From NCBI GenBank assembly GCA_965212195.1, contig CBDBUW010000012.1:193566-257565 (forward strand): 64,000 nt of DNA, read 5' to 3'. Within the stretch, counting starts at the first letter, position 1. The number at the start of each line of letters is the position of its first letter. The notes under the pieces were generated by a model. It was not told the origin of the DNA and searched no databases. It worked only from the letters and a program-made list of their open reading frames with translations. Positions 18,664 to 29,200 of the stretch are shown here, one piece after another. Source of the DNA: Cyclobacteriaceae bacterium (GTDB taxonomy: Bacteria > Bacteroidota > Bacteroidia > Cytophagales > Cyclobacteriaceae). The position numbers and the translations under genes are program-made.

Positions 18664-21600
18664 CTAATTGTTCATCATTATTTTTGCCCATAGATTATTA
18701 TTATATTCTCTAAGGGCGGATTCAAATAATCTTTGGGCTTCTTCATTATTTCCTAAGCCCTTGTTACCCAGGGCTTGCAGATAATAGGCATTTGAGATTG
18801 TTTTGTGGTTTGTGGAGGAAGCCTCTTCCACTGCAACTAAGCTATTGTGGGAACCTTTGTCCATTTGCTCTTGGCCTCGAACAATCAAATTTTTGAACAT
18901 TTCTTGAGCCGTATCACTATTACCTAGTTTCTCATGCGATTTTGCCTGATAATAGATCAAGTCGTACATGCCTGGTCTGTTTTTGGATTCCACGCTTTTT
19001 TGGTAGCTTATTTTTGCCTGCTTAGTACTATTCAATCCATCAAAAGCTACACCCATATAATAATAAATAAGAGCATTTCTTTCATCATCGGAAGGTTGCC
19101 CTACTTCTAGGTTTTCGGGATACAGTAAAGCGGCCTCTAACTCAGCTATGGCCTCATTATATTTTTTATCATGAATTAATTGGAGGGCTTTTAAGGTGTG
19201 AGCATCTACGTAACGCCAATAGATCTCCCTACCACCTTCCCAAGTTCTGAAATGGTGGGAGGCAAGAAGCTTTATGGCTTTATCGTATTCTCTATTTAGG
19301 TTATACATTCCCACCAAGGCCTTAGGTGCAGAAACGTCCTTTTCAACGATGTCCACATTTTTGCGGAGTATTTCCAGACATTGCCTGAAATCAACATTTG
19401 ATCCATCGTAGTACTTAGATAGTTCAGCATACCAAAGTGGTATATTGCTTTCTTCCGAGATGGCTTTTGTAAGGTGTTTAATGGCACTCTCCTGGTCCTT
19501 CTCATGATAAAAGGCCCCAAAGGCTAAATTTCTCCAAACCATTGGTATACTATTGTCAATAGCAGCAGCCTTTTCCCAGGCAGCAATAGCGTCTTCGGGC
19601 CGATTATCAAAGAGCAGGTTGCCTAGCAGATAATGAGCAGCGACATTTTGTGGATCCATTCGCAGGGCATTGTTAAGGATTATTTCTGTTTCCTGTCGAT
19701 AGGGGAAACAATATTCCAGGGATGCATTCTTGGCAAGACTCAACATGTCACGTGCTTGTGACTCATCCCCGGACTCAGAATGAAACCAGGACAAATAGTA
19801 ATAAATCAAGGGGTCTTCAGGATCTTTCAGGGATGACAATAAGGTAATACCTTCCTCTAACAAACCTGCGTTCATGTAATTAGTGACAACCTCCAAATAG
19901 TTGTTTTCCGGATCCTGCATATTCTTGTGCCATCGGGCTAAAGAAGGCTGTTCATTTAAAAGGCCTTTTTCATAAATAGCCGCAAAATTAAGTGGATCAT
20001 AGACTAGTAGCGCATCTAACAATGCCAGGGCTTTTTCTTTTTTTCCCATCTTGCGGAGTAAGGTACCGTATAACACTACTATGCGCCCGTCCTTAGTATT
20101 TGTGGAATAAGCTTCACGAATATACTCCAAGGCCTTTGGGTAATTTCCATTTTTGGTTTCTAATAGTGCCAGCTGATAATTTCCTGCGGAGTACCATGGA
20201 TAATACCACGTTGACCGTGCGAAATTTCCATAGGCTTCTTCGATTTGCCCAAGTTCTTTTTGGGCCAATGCCATGTAATAATAAAGTTCGCCTTCTTTGG
20301 GCTGATAGTATTTTATTTTCAATTTGTCAGCTGCCTTCTGCAGGTATTCCAATGCTTCCGCATATTTGGTTTGATTTAGTCTGCGTATTCCCAGAGCAAT
20401 GTTAACCCGGTAATCGTCAGGCGACTTTTCCAAAGCAGCTAGGTAATAGTCATCGGGATTAATACCCGGCCGATTAAACTGCTCCACGAACCTGCCGGTG
20501 AGATATAAATCCTCCACCGAAATCAGTTCATGGGGTCTTTTAACCTTTTCTTGTACTGGGGGCAGTTGTGGATGTTGTAATTTGTAAGGAATATAAGAGA
20601 CTAATTCTTTTCCTTTATTATCAATTAGTCGGATGTCCAATTGGTATTCATCGATGGCTTTCTTACTTCGATATGTTGCAGTAAATGGCGTGGCAGGATC
20701 AATATCAATAGTCTTTTCCACCAAAGTTTTTTCACCATACTTCAATACGATTTGCGCGTTTTTGTAGGCCCTGGTGCTGTTAAAACCGTAGAAAACAGTT
20801 TTAGCATCCCTCATTTGCAGGGTTACCGAGGCATCAACTGTGGAATTTTTTGCAATTTCAATATCCCTTAAGGGATACCAATAATTTTTGGCATCTTTTA
20901 CGGAGTGAGGCCTTATCCAGCTGTAATCAGGTTGATTATTGGAAAAGGTACCCGTCATTAGCTCAACATAAGCTTTTCCGTCATCTGTTAGTTTACGCCG
21001 GGCATTTTGTCCTTGTAACCCAGGCCCAAATTGCCATAATTTAGAAGCACTGTTTTCGTGAGGGTCACCGACATGTACCGTCCCCGCATTTTGGCCATAG
21101 TCATAACCGCCTATAAACCCTTCTTTAGCATCCCACATAAAGAATGATACCGGGTTAGGGTGGTTTTTCCACCAGGTCAGGTCAACTCCCTCCGCATAGT
21201 TTATACCCCTATAGAGCGCGTTTTTGTTAGCAAGGGGCCATTGTATGAAACTGTTATTGTTGTGAAATACCCCAATTTCCTGACTAGGAGGCCAAAATGT
21301 GCGAAAATCTTCATTGGCTGTGATAGCAACATTGGCCCAAAAAAGGAAAGTCTTGATTTGGGTGTTGGTGTTGTTTATGCGGTAATCGGCTTCGATGTAG
21401 GAGCAACCCGGCCTAAGCGTTATACCGACAACTCCACGAAGACGCATGTTCTTCTCGGTTTCACCGATCCAAACCGTGGCGCTACCATCGTCATTTTCGA
21501 TGGTCACATAGTCACTGGGCATGAGTGTGGAAGTTCTGTGATGATGTGGAAAACACCACTCAATGCCACCGGATACCCATGCACCCAGGGTGCCTATAAG

Positions 21601-21972
21601 GTCAGGTTTAATTACACTGTTGGTATGGAATAGTTCATGCCCATTGGTTTTATCTATGGCAGAAAACAACCTGCCACCAAAAGCTGGTAGGATTTTTACT
21701 TTGATGTATTCGTTTTCCAGATACACCATGTCATATGTCACATCCAAAAGGGTGTCCCCCAGCTTGGTTTGCAAAGGGTATGGATAGACTTTGCCTTGTG
21801 CTCCCTGCACACCTCTGCCGGTATAAAAGATGGGGCTAACTTCATCTGCTCCTAGTTTATAGGTGGAGATTACTTCTTGTCCTTCGTACACTGTTACTTG
21901 TGCAAAGCTAGTATGACAAAGAACACCTATTAAGAACAGGAGCCATAAGGATTTGGAAGGTTTGTAATTCAT
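18664..21972 (-). CDS. secreted DUF5107-like protein with C-terminal TPR repeats
   Basis: 1102 aa with a signal peptide (LWLLFLIGVLCHTSFAQ). The N-terminal roughly 470 aa form a beta-rich domain that I recall as DUF5107. The C-terminal roughly 600 aa are TPR-like (repeated AxxxYxxA patterns). Confidence 0.5.
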   Translation of the reverse strand: MNYKPSKSLWLLFLIGVLCHTSFAQVTVYEGQEVISTYKLGADEVSPIFYTGRGVQGAQGKVYPYPLQTKLGDTLLDVTYDMVYLENEYIKVKILPAFGGRLFSAIDKTNGHELFHTNSVIKPDLIGTLGAWVSGGIEWCFPHHHRTSTLMPSDYVTIENDDGSATVWIGETEKNMRLRGVVGITLRPGCSYIEADYRINNTNTQIKTFLFWANVAITANEDFRTFWPPSQEIGVFHNNNSFIQWPLANKNALYRGINYAEGVDLTWWKNHPNPVSFFMWDAKEGFIGGYDYGQNAGTVHVGDPHENSASKLWQFGPGLQGQNARRKLTDDGKAYVELMTGTFSNNQPDYSWIRPHSVKDAKNYWYPLRDIEIAKNSTVDASVTLQMRDAKTVFYGFNSTRAYKNAQIVLKYGEKTLVEKTIDIDPATPFTATYRSKKAIDEYQLDIRLIDNKGKELVSYIPYKLQHPQLPPVQEKVKRPHELISVEDLYLTGRFVEQFNRPGINPDDYYLAALEKSPDDYRVNIALGIRRLNQTKYAEALEYLQKAADKLKIKYYQPKEGELYYYMALAQKELGQIEEAYGNFARSTWYYPWYSAGNYQLALLETKNGNYPKALEYIREAYSTNTKDGRIVVLYGTLLRKMGKKEKALALLDALLVYDPLNFAAIYEKGLLNEQPSLARWHKNMQDPENNYLEVVTNYMNAGLLEEGITLLSSLKDPEDPLIYYYLSWFHSESGDESQARDMLSLAKNASLEYCFPYRQETEIILNNALRMDPQNVAAHYLLGNLLFDNRPEDAIAAWEKAAAIDNSIPMVWRNLAFGAFYHEKDQESAIKHLTKAISEESNIPLWYAELSKYYDGSNVDFRQCLEILRKNVDIVEKDVSAPKALVGMYNLNREYDKAIKLLASHHFRTWEGGREIYWRYVDAHTLKALQLIHDKKYNEAIAELEAALLYPENLEVGQPSDDERNALIYYYMGVAFDGLNSTKQAKISYQKSVESKNRPGMYDLIYYQAKSHEKLGNSDTAQEMFKNLIVRGQEQMDKGSHNSLVAVEEASSTNHKTISNAYYLQALGNKGLGNNEEAQRLFESALREYNNNLWAKIMMNN

Positions 21973-22120
21973 GATCGATCCTATTTAATGTGACAAGAAT
22001 GCCATGTCCAGTTTAGTATTACTTGGTTTCCTTAATAAGGTAATAATAAAATGTAAACGCCACCTTCTCCCAAGTGGAATACACGTTTTGCATTATAGGT
22101 TCAAATACGTTTCGTGAAGG

Positions 22121-22162
22121 GCAATTCACGGTGCGGAATTAACAATTTGGAGAATTCGATAA
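22121..22162 (+). repeat. third copy of the AATT-heptad motif family
   Basis: It reads gcaattc acggtgc ggaatta acaattt ggagaat tcgataa. It shares GCAATTCAC with 5941-5949 and lies in the divergent region between the DUF5107 gene and the 22306 gene. Confidence 0.5.
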
Positions 22163-22305
22163 GGGCCGTTTTACACCCTGGTCTTTGATCCGAAAGGTAT
22201 CCGTATTGCTGCTAAACCACGCTATTTAATTGGTGCTGGTAGAAGGTTGAGTTGTGAGCAGGAAAAGCTATATTGTATTATGTAAAAAGCACCATCCTTC
22301 CTGCA

Positions 22306-24654
22306 ATGAAACGTTTGATCCACATTTGTCTAGTCTTGCTTTTGATTTATTCACTGTCCGCTTGTGAAGACAAGACCCAACCCATCACCTATTCTAGTGG
22401 TGAATCTCTGCCATTTGTAGAAGCCGTTGATGCACAGCCTTTAGTCGAACAAGTAAAACGCTTGACCCAGAAGTTAACGTTTCTGGGATCTCCACTTCCG
22501 CAGAAAACGGTGACTCAGCTCGAAGCGGCCTATGAAATCCCGGATCCAGCGTTACAGGTGCGCAAGATTCAAGAGATCATGGATCCTCTTTGTTTGGTGG
22601 GACTTCACATCAACCCGGAATCGCGTGTGAAGGTTCAGCAGGGAATGGTGCAGCCTAAGTTGTACCAACTTGAAAGTCGTCGCTTTTTAATCAAAATACG
22701 CAATGAAGCCGGCGTGACTTCCAATCTCAACTTGCAGTACTCACCCCGGCAGCAGTCCGAACTGCGCACGGACCATGACACGCATCCCAAAATGCCTGAA
22801 CCCGATAGTTTGCTCTTTTACTTCGAGTTATATATGTCCGGTAATGCCTGGATGTACAACCCCCAACGCAATTCCATGAGTGGGCTGGAGCTGGAATACG
22901 CTATTCTCAACGTATATTGCGGGGAAGCTGGAAAACGCGAGGCTACGCTTTCGTTCGATGTGGGACAGGGTACCCAAGACCTGGGTTTCCGGTCGGAATT
23001 GCCGGTGCTCTTTACAAGTCTTCCCACCTATCCACTGAACTTATCCAAAGTCCGTGATGAAAGTGGTGAAACTGTCCAGGCGCGTTTTGTCATAAGGGAT
23101 TCCAATGGCCACATATTCCCTTCCCAGTCTCAACGGCAACCACCAGACTTCTGGTTTCATCCTCAGATTTACCGCACAGAGGGTCAAACGGTGCGGCTGC
23201 CGGACGGAAAATATGAGGTCATTTGTACCCGGGGTCCGGAGTACCTTTCTCAGACCAGGCAAATAGAGATCAGGGGTAGTGAAATCGACATTTCCTTTGA
23301 ATTGAAACGCTGGGTCGATCCATCGCTGGCAGGGTACTGGTCAGGCGACCACCACATCCATGCAGCTGGTTGTGCACATTATACGGATCCCACTGAAGGC
23401 GTTTTACCTAAGCATATGTTACATCACATTCTGGGGGAAGACCTTAAAGTGGGCAGTGTGTTGACCTGGGGTCCGGGTTTTGATTACCAAAAGCAATTTT
23501 TTACGGGTGCAACGCATCCGCTTTCCAACTACCCTTACACCATGCGCTATGACGTGGAGGTATCGGGATTCGGCTCTCATCAATCCGGGCATTTGTGCTT
23601 GTTGCGACTGGGGGAACAAATGTACCCCGGTGGAGATTCGAAAGATCACTGGCCCACTTTGGGGCTGAATACCTTACGTTGGGCCCAGAAACAAGGCGCA
23701 GTTTGCGGCCCGGCACATTCCGGATTTGGTATTAAGGTGGAAAACCAGGATTTACCTAACTATGATGTACCTCCATACAACAGTATAGGGGCCAACGAAT
23801 ATGTTGTAGATGTGACACATATGGTAGAAGGACCTGATGGAAATGAGGTACCAGCAGTGGATTTTATGTCCGCTGGGGATACCTGGCCTGTAGCTGAGCT
23901 CAACATGTGGTATCATACCCTCAACTGCGGTTTTCGCACACGCATTAGTGGTGAAACCGATTTTCCCTGTATCACCGGGGCCAGGGTAGGGGTCTGGCGC
24001 TCTTATGTAAAACTCCCTGATGCCCTGGATTACGACGCCTGGTGTGAGGGTATCTCCCGTGGTAGTAACTACGTCTCCGACGGCAAGAGCCACCTGATGC
24101 ACTTTAAGGTGAATGAACAAGAGGCTGGGGAAGCCAATAGCGAATTGAAATTATCTAAGCCTGGCCAAGTGAAAATAACGGTGGACGCAGTAGCATTGTT
24201 GGAAGACTTGAATGTCGATTCGCTGGGTACTTTATTCCTTGGTGACCAGGCGCCATGGGACCCTAAACCCTGGGGTATTGAAAAAGCCCGTTTAGGTGAT
24301 AGCAATGAAGTTAAAGTGGAAGTCGTTGTCAATGGCTATCCAATGGTTGAACAGACTTTGCTGGCCAATGGGGAGTTGCGGTCTCTTAAGTTCGACGTTG
24401 AAATCGAAAAAAGCAGTTGGGTGGCCGTTAGGATTTTCCCTTCTTCGCACACCAATCCAGTTTTCGTATTAGTGAATGATAAACCCATACGAGCCAGCAG
24501 TAGGAGTGCAGAATGGTGTCTTAAAGGGGTTGATCAGTGCTGGAAATCGAAACAGCAGTTTTATTCGGATGCGGAAATGGCAGAAGCAGAAGCGGCCTAT
24601 GAGCACGCCCGAAACACGTATCGAAAAATCAAGCAAGAGTCAGAGACTTTGTAG
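22306..24654 (+). CDS. lipoprotein with PHP/CehA-McbA-like metallohydrolase signature
   Basis: The ORF track starts at TTG 22273. ATG 22306 gives MKRLIHICLVLLLIYSLSAC, a lipobox leader. The central motif WSGDHHIHAAGCAHY resembles PHP-type H-x-H. The rest is unrecognised. Confidence 0.45.
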   Translation: MKRLIHICLVLLLIYSLSACEDKTQPITYSSGESLPFVEAVDAQPLVEQVKRLTQKLTFLGSPLPQKTVTQLEAAYEIPDPALQVRKIQEIMDPLCLVGLHINPESRVKVQQGMVQPKLYQLESRRFLIKIRNEAGVTSNLNLQYSPRQQSELRTDHDTHPKMPEPDSLLFYFELYMSGNAWMYNPQRNSMSGLELEYAILNVYCGEAGKREATLSFDVGQGTQDLGFRSELPVLFTSLPTYPLNLSKVRDESGETVQARFVIRDSNGHIFPSQSQRQPPDFWFHPQIYRTEGQTVRLPDGKYEVICTRGPEYLSQTRQIEIRGSEIDISFELKRWVDPSLAGYWSGDHHIHAAGCAHYTDPTEGVLPKHMLHHILGEDLKVGSVLTWGPGFDYQKQFFTGATHPLSNYPYTMRYDVEVSGFGSHQSGHLCLLRLGEQMYPGGDSKDHWPTLGLNTLRWAQKQGAVCGPAHSGFGIKVENQDLPNYDVPPYNSIGANEYVVDVTHMVEGPDGNEVPAVDFMSAGDTWPVAELNMWYHTLNCGFRTRISGETDFPCITGARVGVWRSYVKLPDALDYDAWCEGISRGSNYVSDGKSHLMHFKVNEQEAGEANSELKLSKPGQVKITVDAVALLEDLNVDSLGTLFLGDQAPWDPKPWGIEKARLGDSNEVKVEVVVNGYPMVEQTLLANGELRSLKFDVEIEKSSWVAVRIFPSSHTNPVFVLVNDKPIRASSRSAEWCLKGVDQCWKSKQQFYSDAEMAEAEAAYEHARNTYRKIKQESETL

Positions 24655-24715
24655 TTACCAAAACCCCCCAATCAACCTTGGCAGGAAATTCTCTATCCCT
24701 ACCTATAGGAGGTTC

Positions 24716-26206
24716 TCAAGTTAACACGTCTTTAACCACATGACCATGCACGTCCGTGAGCCTGAACCTTCTGCCTTGAAATTTAAAGTTCAATCTCTCA
24801 TGATCAATTCCGAACAGATGCATCATGGTGGCTTGAAAATCATGAACATGCACGGGATCTTTCACAATGTTATAGCTGAAATCATCAGTTTCCCCGTATG
24901 AAAAACCTGGCTTTACTCCAGCTCCTGCCATCCACATGGTAAAACAGCGGGGATGATGATCGCGGCCGTAGTTGATCTCGGTAAGCTTGCCCTGTGAGTA
25001 GACCGTACGTCCAAATTCTCCTCCCCAGATCACCAAGGTATCTTCCAACAGTCCTCTTTGTTTAAGGTCTTTTACTAAGGCTGCCGTAGCCTGATCGGTA
25101 TTTTTACATTGGTTCTTAATACCTCCTGGTAAATAGCTGTGCTGGTCCCAACCTTTGTGATACAACTGTACATAACGCACGTCGTTTTCCAACAATTTTC
25201 TGGCCAATAAGCAATTGGCTGCATAGGTACCGGGATCCCGGCTATCTTCCCCGTACATTTCAAAAATGTGGTCCGGTTCATCAGAAAGGTCAATGGCATC
25301 GGGTACCGAGGTCTGCATACGATAAGCCATTTCGTATTGCGCCACCCGTCCCATTATTTCCGGATCACCATAGGTACTGTATTGTACCTCGTTCAACTGC
25401 TTTAAGTAATCCAGCATTTTTCTTCGGTCTTGACCATGATAATTTTCCGGATTATTCAAATAAAGAACCGGATCTTCACCGGAACGAAACTGGACTCCTT
25501 GATGCTCTGTAGGCAGGAATCCATTGCCCCATAATCTGGCATACAGGGGTTGTCCACCGGCGTTCTTAGAATGTAGCACAATGAAAGTGGGCAAGTTGTT
25601 ATTAAGGGATCCCAGCCCATAGCTTAGCCAAGCGCCTATTGATGGGCGCCCAGGGAGCTGATGGCCTGTTTGAAAAAATGTGATGGCCGGGTCGTGATTG
25701 ATCTGTTCTGTGTAAACAGTTTTAATAATGCAAAGGTCGTCCACTACTTGAGCCGTATAAGGCATTAATTCACTCACCCAGGTACGACTCTCCCCGTGTT
25801 GATTAAACTTATAAATAGAGGGTGCAATGGGTAATGAAGTCTGATCTACACTCATCCCTGTTAATCGCTGGCCTTGACGCACCGATTCCGGAAGCTCCTG
25901 ACCAAATAGTTCCTTTAATTTTGGTTTGTAATCGAATGTTTCAAATTGCGAAGGGCCGCCACTCATAAATAAGAAAACTATTCTTTTGGCCCTGGGAGTG
26001 AAGTGAGGCAACCCAGGTAATCTATTGGCACCGGGTGCTAATGTACCGGGGCCGGACGCTAGCAGTTCTTCCATGCCCAAAAGCGAACTGATGGCCATGG
26101 CACCAATCCCCATAGAAGTCTTTGTGAGAAACTGCCTCCTATCGATGCTTTTTTCCAGTTGACGTAGGTCAGGGTGATTCGATCTTAAATTATCATGATG
26201 GCACAT
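24716..26206 (-). CDS. DUF1501 domain-containing protein (sulfatase/alkaline-phosphatase superfamily), Tat-exported
   Basis: 496 aa with the Tat leader SIDRRQFLTKTSMGIGAMA. It has the characteristic WGGEFGRT and GRDHHPRCFTMWMAGAGVKPG motifs. Confidence 0.85.
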   Translation of the reverse strand: MCHHDNLRSNHPDLRQLEKSIDRRQFLTKTSMGIGAMAISSLLGMEELLASGPGTLAPGANRLPGLPHFTPRAKRIVFLFMSGGPSQFETFDYKPKLKELFGQELPESVRQGQRLTGMSVDQTSLPIAPSIYKFNQHGESRTWVSELMPYTAQVVDDLCIIKTVYTEQINHDPAITFFQTGHQLPGRPSIGAWLSYGLGSLNNNLPTFIVLHSKNAGGQPLYARLWGNGFLPTEHQGVQFRSGEDPVLYLNNPENYHGQDRRKMLDYLKQLNEVQYSTYGDPEIMGRVAQYEMAYRMQTSVPDAIDLSDEPDHIFEMYGEDSRDPGTYAANCLLARKLLENDVRYVQLYHKGWDQHSYLPGGIKNQCKNTDQATAALVKDLKQRGLLEDTLVIWGGEFGRTVYSQGKLTEINYGRDHHPRCFTMWMAGAGVKPGFSYGETDDFSYNIVKDPVHVHDFQATMMHLFGIDHERLNFKFQGRRFRLTDVHGHVVKDVLT

Positions 26207-26210
26207 AGTT

Positions 26211-29200
26211 TCATCTTTTTATAATGCTTGCATCACTGTTTATAATGGCGCTGGCTACTACCGCATTGGCCGCTACCAGTTGCTGATCTAAACTAGGGTC
26301 GACCCGATACTCGCCGGTGTTTAACCACCCTTTACTCTTTTCGGTATTCGTTAGGAAATTTTTATACTCCTGTTTTTGAAGTGCAAGCAAAACGTTCAGT
26401 TCCTTATCACTGGGAGTCCTGCCGGTAAGGCTTATAAAAGATTCTTTTATCCCTTCATCGAGGAGTTTGGCTTTTGAAATTTTTTCGCCAATGGCTCTGG
26501 CGGCCTCCACATAGGTGGGATCATTTAGCAAAACCAAGGCCTGTAGGGGAGTATTGGTCTTCTGTCTTCTCACCGTACATTCACTTCTTTCCGGTTGATC
26601 AAAAGTGGAAAGAGTGGGATGAGGTATGGTGCGCTTCCAAATGGTATACAGGCTTCGTCGATACAGTTTTTGGCCTTTATCCTGGACATATGTTCCGCCA
26701 TTGGTTTTCCATAGTCCTTCGGGTTGATAGGGTCGGACACTTTCACCTCCGATTTTCTTATTGATAAGCCCGCTGGCGAATAAAGCATTGTCCCTGATCA
26801 TTTCACTGGAAAGTCTTACCGAAGGGCCCCGGGCCAGCCATACATTTTCTCTGTCCAGTTCTCTTAATTTTTCACTGGTTTGCGAACTCTGCCGGTAAGT
26901 GGCCGACATTACCATTAGTTTTTGCAGGGCTTTAACATCCCAGCCGGAACCCACGAATTTCAGGGCTAGCCAATCCAGCAATTGGGGGTGAGAGGGCCGC
27001 TCACCTTGGTTGCCGAAGTCCCCGGTGGTTTTGACAATGCCTCTTCCAAAGAAATTTTGCCAGTATCTGTTAACAGCTACCCGGGCTGTCAGAGGATGGT
27101 CTGCATGAGTAATCCATTGGGCCAATCCCAGACGGTTTTTAGGCAGATCCTTGGGCATGGGCAAGACGCTTTCCGGTGTATTAGGGAATACCTCTTCACC
27201 GTACAGGTCATACAAGCCCCTTTTCAAGACATAGGCATTTCTTCGTTGAGGCATTTCTTTCATCACCATGACCTCTTGTACCTGCTCGGAGCTGTCCACA
27301 TAGGACTGCCTGGCATGTGCCAGTTCACCGATAGCTTGTTGATACGCGGATGCATAATTATTTAGATAGTAGCCCCTAAGTTCCTCTAGTTGTTTATCAC
27401 TAAGTTGTTCAGGAGAAGATGTTACCAATTGCTTGAATTGCTGGGGAACGGCGAGTTGTTTTACCTCCAAAGATGAAAGCTCTCTGGCGTAAACCACCAG
27501 GTTATCCACTAAGGCTCCTCCCAGGCCTTTACCCCTCCATCTGGCGCCAATTTGCAATCCTGGCTCAATAGTGCTTCCATTGATAACATCATTGTTATTT
27601 AGAAATACAATGTCCTTATAGAGATTATCAATCTCTATTTTGGTAGGCAGTTCCCCGCCATTCATATAAATTTTGAAACCAGAAGCTTTGCTAGAACCGT
27701 CATAGGTGAGGGTAAGTTGTAACCATTGTTCTTTAGGCACCTCTTTCGTGGTATATTCAACGATGGCATTATCGGGCCAGGTATGGGCCAACATCAGTTC
27801 TAATTTATTGTCCTTTAGATTAAGATGATAACCTCTAAAACTGTAAAGACGAGCCCCTATTCCTTTGTGAAACAGTACTCCAGTGGTTAATTCTTCAGGA
27901 ATATAAATGTTAAGACCGATGCTGAACGGTTGATTTCTCTTAAAGATCCCAATTTGATTCAGGTCAATCCAGGCGTCACCATCTAATAAGATCCCTAGAC
28001 CTTTAAATCCTTTGGCAAAAACGGGCTTCTCGTTGGTTGAGAACATGCGATCCATTTTTGCGGTTTGCCGGGGATTGAGTTTATTGGCCAATTTGGGGTT
28101 CTCCAATTCGAACCAGGCTTCCATGCCTGATGGATATCGTTGAGCAGCGATATCCTGGTATGCGGCAGAAGTTACCCAGTCATCGAAGGCGGGGGACGCC
28201 TCCTTTTTGGCATGCCGAATTTTTTCCTGGTTAACCTCAATTGCTTTTTTCACAAATTCCAGGATGGCCTCCTGTTCCTGTGTAGGAATTAATAAATTGG
28301 GTACCGGGGTAGCACCTTCCCAAGATATTTGACCGGACTCATTTACATTGTTAAAGAAGCTGTACAATTCATAGTATTCCTTTTGTGAAACAGGATCGAA
28401 TTTATGGTCGTGGCATTTGGCACAGCCTAGTGTAAGCGCCATAAGGCCCTGTCCCAATACATCGGTGCGGTCTGCTACATAAGCTACTCTGAATTCTTCA
28501 TCTACAATGCCCCCCTCCAGGTTCTGTGGATGCAATCGATTAAAACCTGTAGCCAAGATTTGTTCCTTGGTGGCATTTGGTAGCAGGTCCCCAGCCAGTT
28601 GCCAGGTGATAAACTGGTCATACGGCTGATTTTCATTAAAGGCTTTAATAACCCAATCCCGCCAGGGGCTCATATTACGATACTGGTCTACTTGATAGCC
28701 GTGGGTGTCGGCATATCTAGCTAGATCCATCCAATCCATGGCCATTTTCTCTCCGTAATGGGGAGAACCCAAAAGACGATCTACCTGCTTTTCATAGGCT
28801 CCTTCAGAATCGTCGTTTAGAAATTCCCGTATTTCTTCCGGGGTGGGAGGTAAGCCCGTAAGATCCAGACTTAGTCTTCTAAGCAGCAAGCCCTTGCTGG
28901 TTTCGGTGGCAGGCTGTAGTTCTTTGTATTCCAGTTGACGTAAGATAAACTTGTCAATGGGGTTGTTCACCCATTCCTCGTTTCCTACGTTAGGAATGTC
29001 AACTTTTTCGGGCTTAATAAAAGCCCAATGTGGTTTGTACAGGGCCTTTTGTTCAATCCATTTGATCAGTATGGCCTTTTCATGGGCAGTCAACTGCAAA
29101 TTGGATTCAGGCAACGGCATTAAATAATGAGGGTCTCCGGATGTGATACGATGAAAAAGTTCGGATTTATTTAAACTGCCGGGCTTTATGGCGAATTTAC

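Noticed and set aside
21160-21633. 157-aa ORF antisense to the DUF5107 gene
   Set aside because: It is embedded in a 1102-aa ORF with signal peptide and repeat architecture. It has no family features and is most likely a shadow ORF.
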